DNA of 64,000 bases from a virus (Duplodnaviria; Caudoviricetes): positions 233,329 to 297,328 of the IMG/VR virus record IMGVR_UViG_3300029288_000056. One strand, given 5' to 3'. The notes under the pieces were generated by a model. The model was not told the DNA's origin and ran no database searches. It was given only the letters and a program-made list of their open reading frames with translations. Both the position numbers and the translations under genes were made by a program. Positions 63,881 to 64,000 of this stretch are shown here, piece by piece (position 1 is the first letter of the stretch; the number at the start of each line of letters is the position of its first letter).

Positions 63881-64000
63881 CATAAAAGGAGAATATATGA
63901 GCGATATTATTAAAGCACCGTGGACTCCAGAACAGATCACCAAGCTCGAGTCTTTTCAAAAGGACCATCGCGTTCACCCCTACACTTGTACTGCCGGCCA

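Overview
This is a 64-kb segment of a large bacteriophage genome: dense small ORFs, no rRNA, standard genetic code, and no structural genes in the window. Genes lie on the minus strand up to ~62.3 kb, apart from a two-gene plus-strand island, and then switch strand at divergent promoters. About 20 copies of one sigma70-type promoter (CTTGACTTT-N~11-TG-N-[-10]) drive transcription. Coding content: a host-like replication module (DnaB, DnaG, SNF2/HARP helicase, ATP-dependent DNA ligase), an ECF sigma factor, nucleotide-metabolism genes (purB, dCMP deaminase, NDT-like), two stand-alone TnpB genes, and 11 canonical tRNAs, none encoding CCA. RNA-handling genes are abundant: Ro60/TROVE, intein-containing RtcB, an ATP-dependent RNA ligase, a CCA-adding enzyme, AsnRS and a metallophosphoesterase. 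The strongest signal is non-coding. (1) Five Y-RNA-like elements share a covarying terminal stem and an AUGCU..GGG(A/U)(U/A)UACAUU motif but carry different central domains, two of them circularly permuted tRNA mimics; four lie around the Ro60 gene and one is 33 kb away. (2) A stable-RNA island (41.8-43.5 kb, with boxA-like elements) holds a family of tRNA-scaffold RNAs whose anticodon arm is replaced by unrelated ~100-280-nt inserts. (3) A second small island of aberrant tRNA-like RNAs sits at 32.15-32.44 kb. All calls come from reading the sequence by eye; no searches were run.
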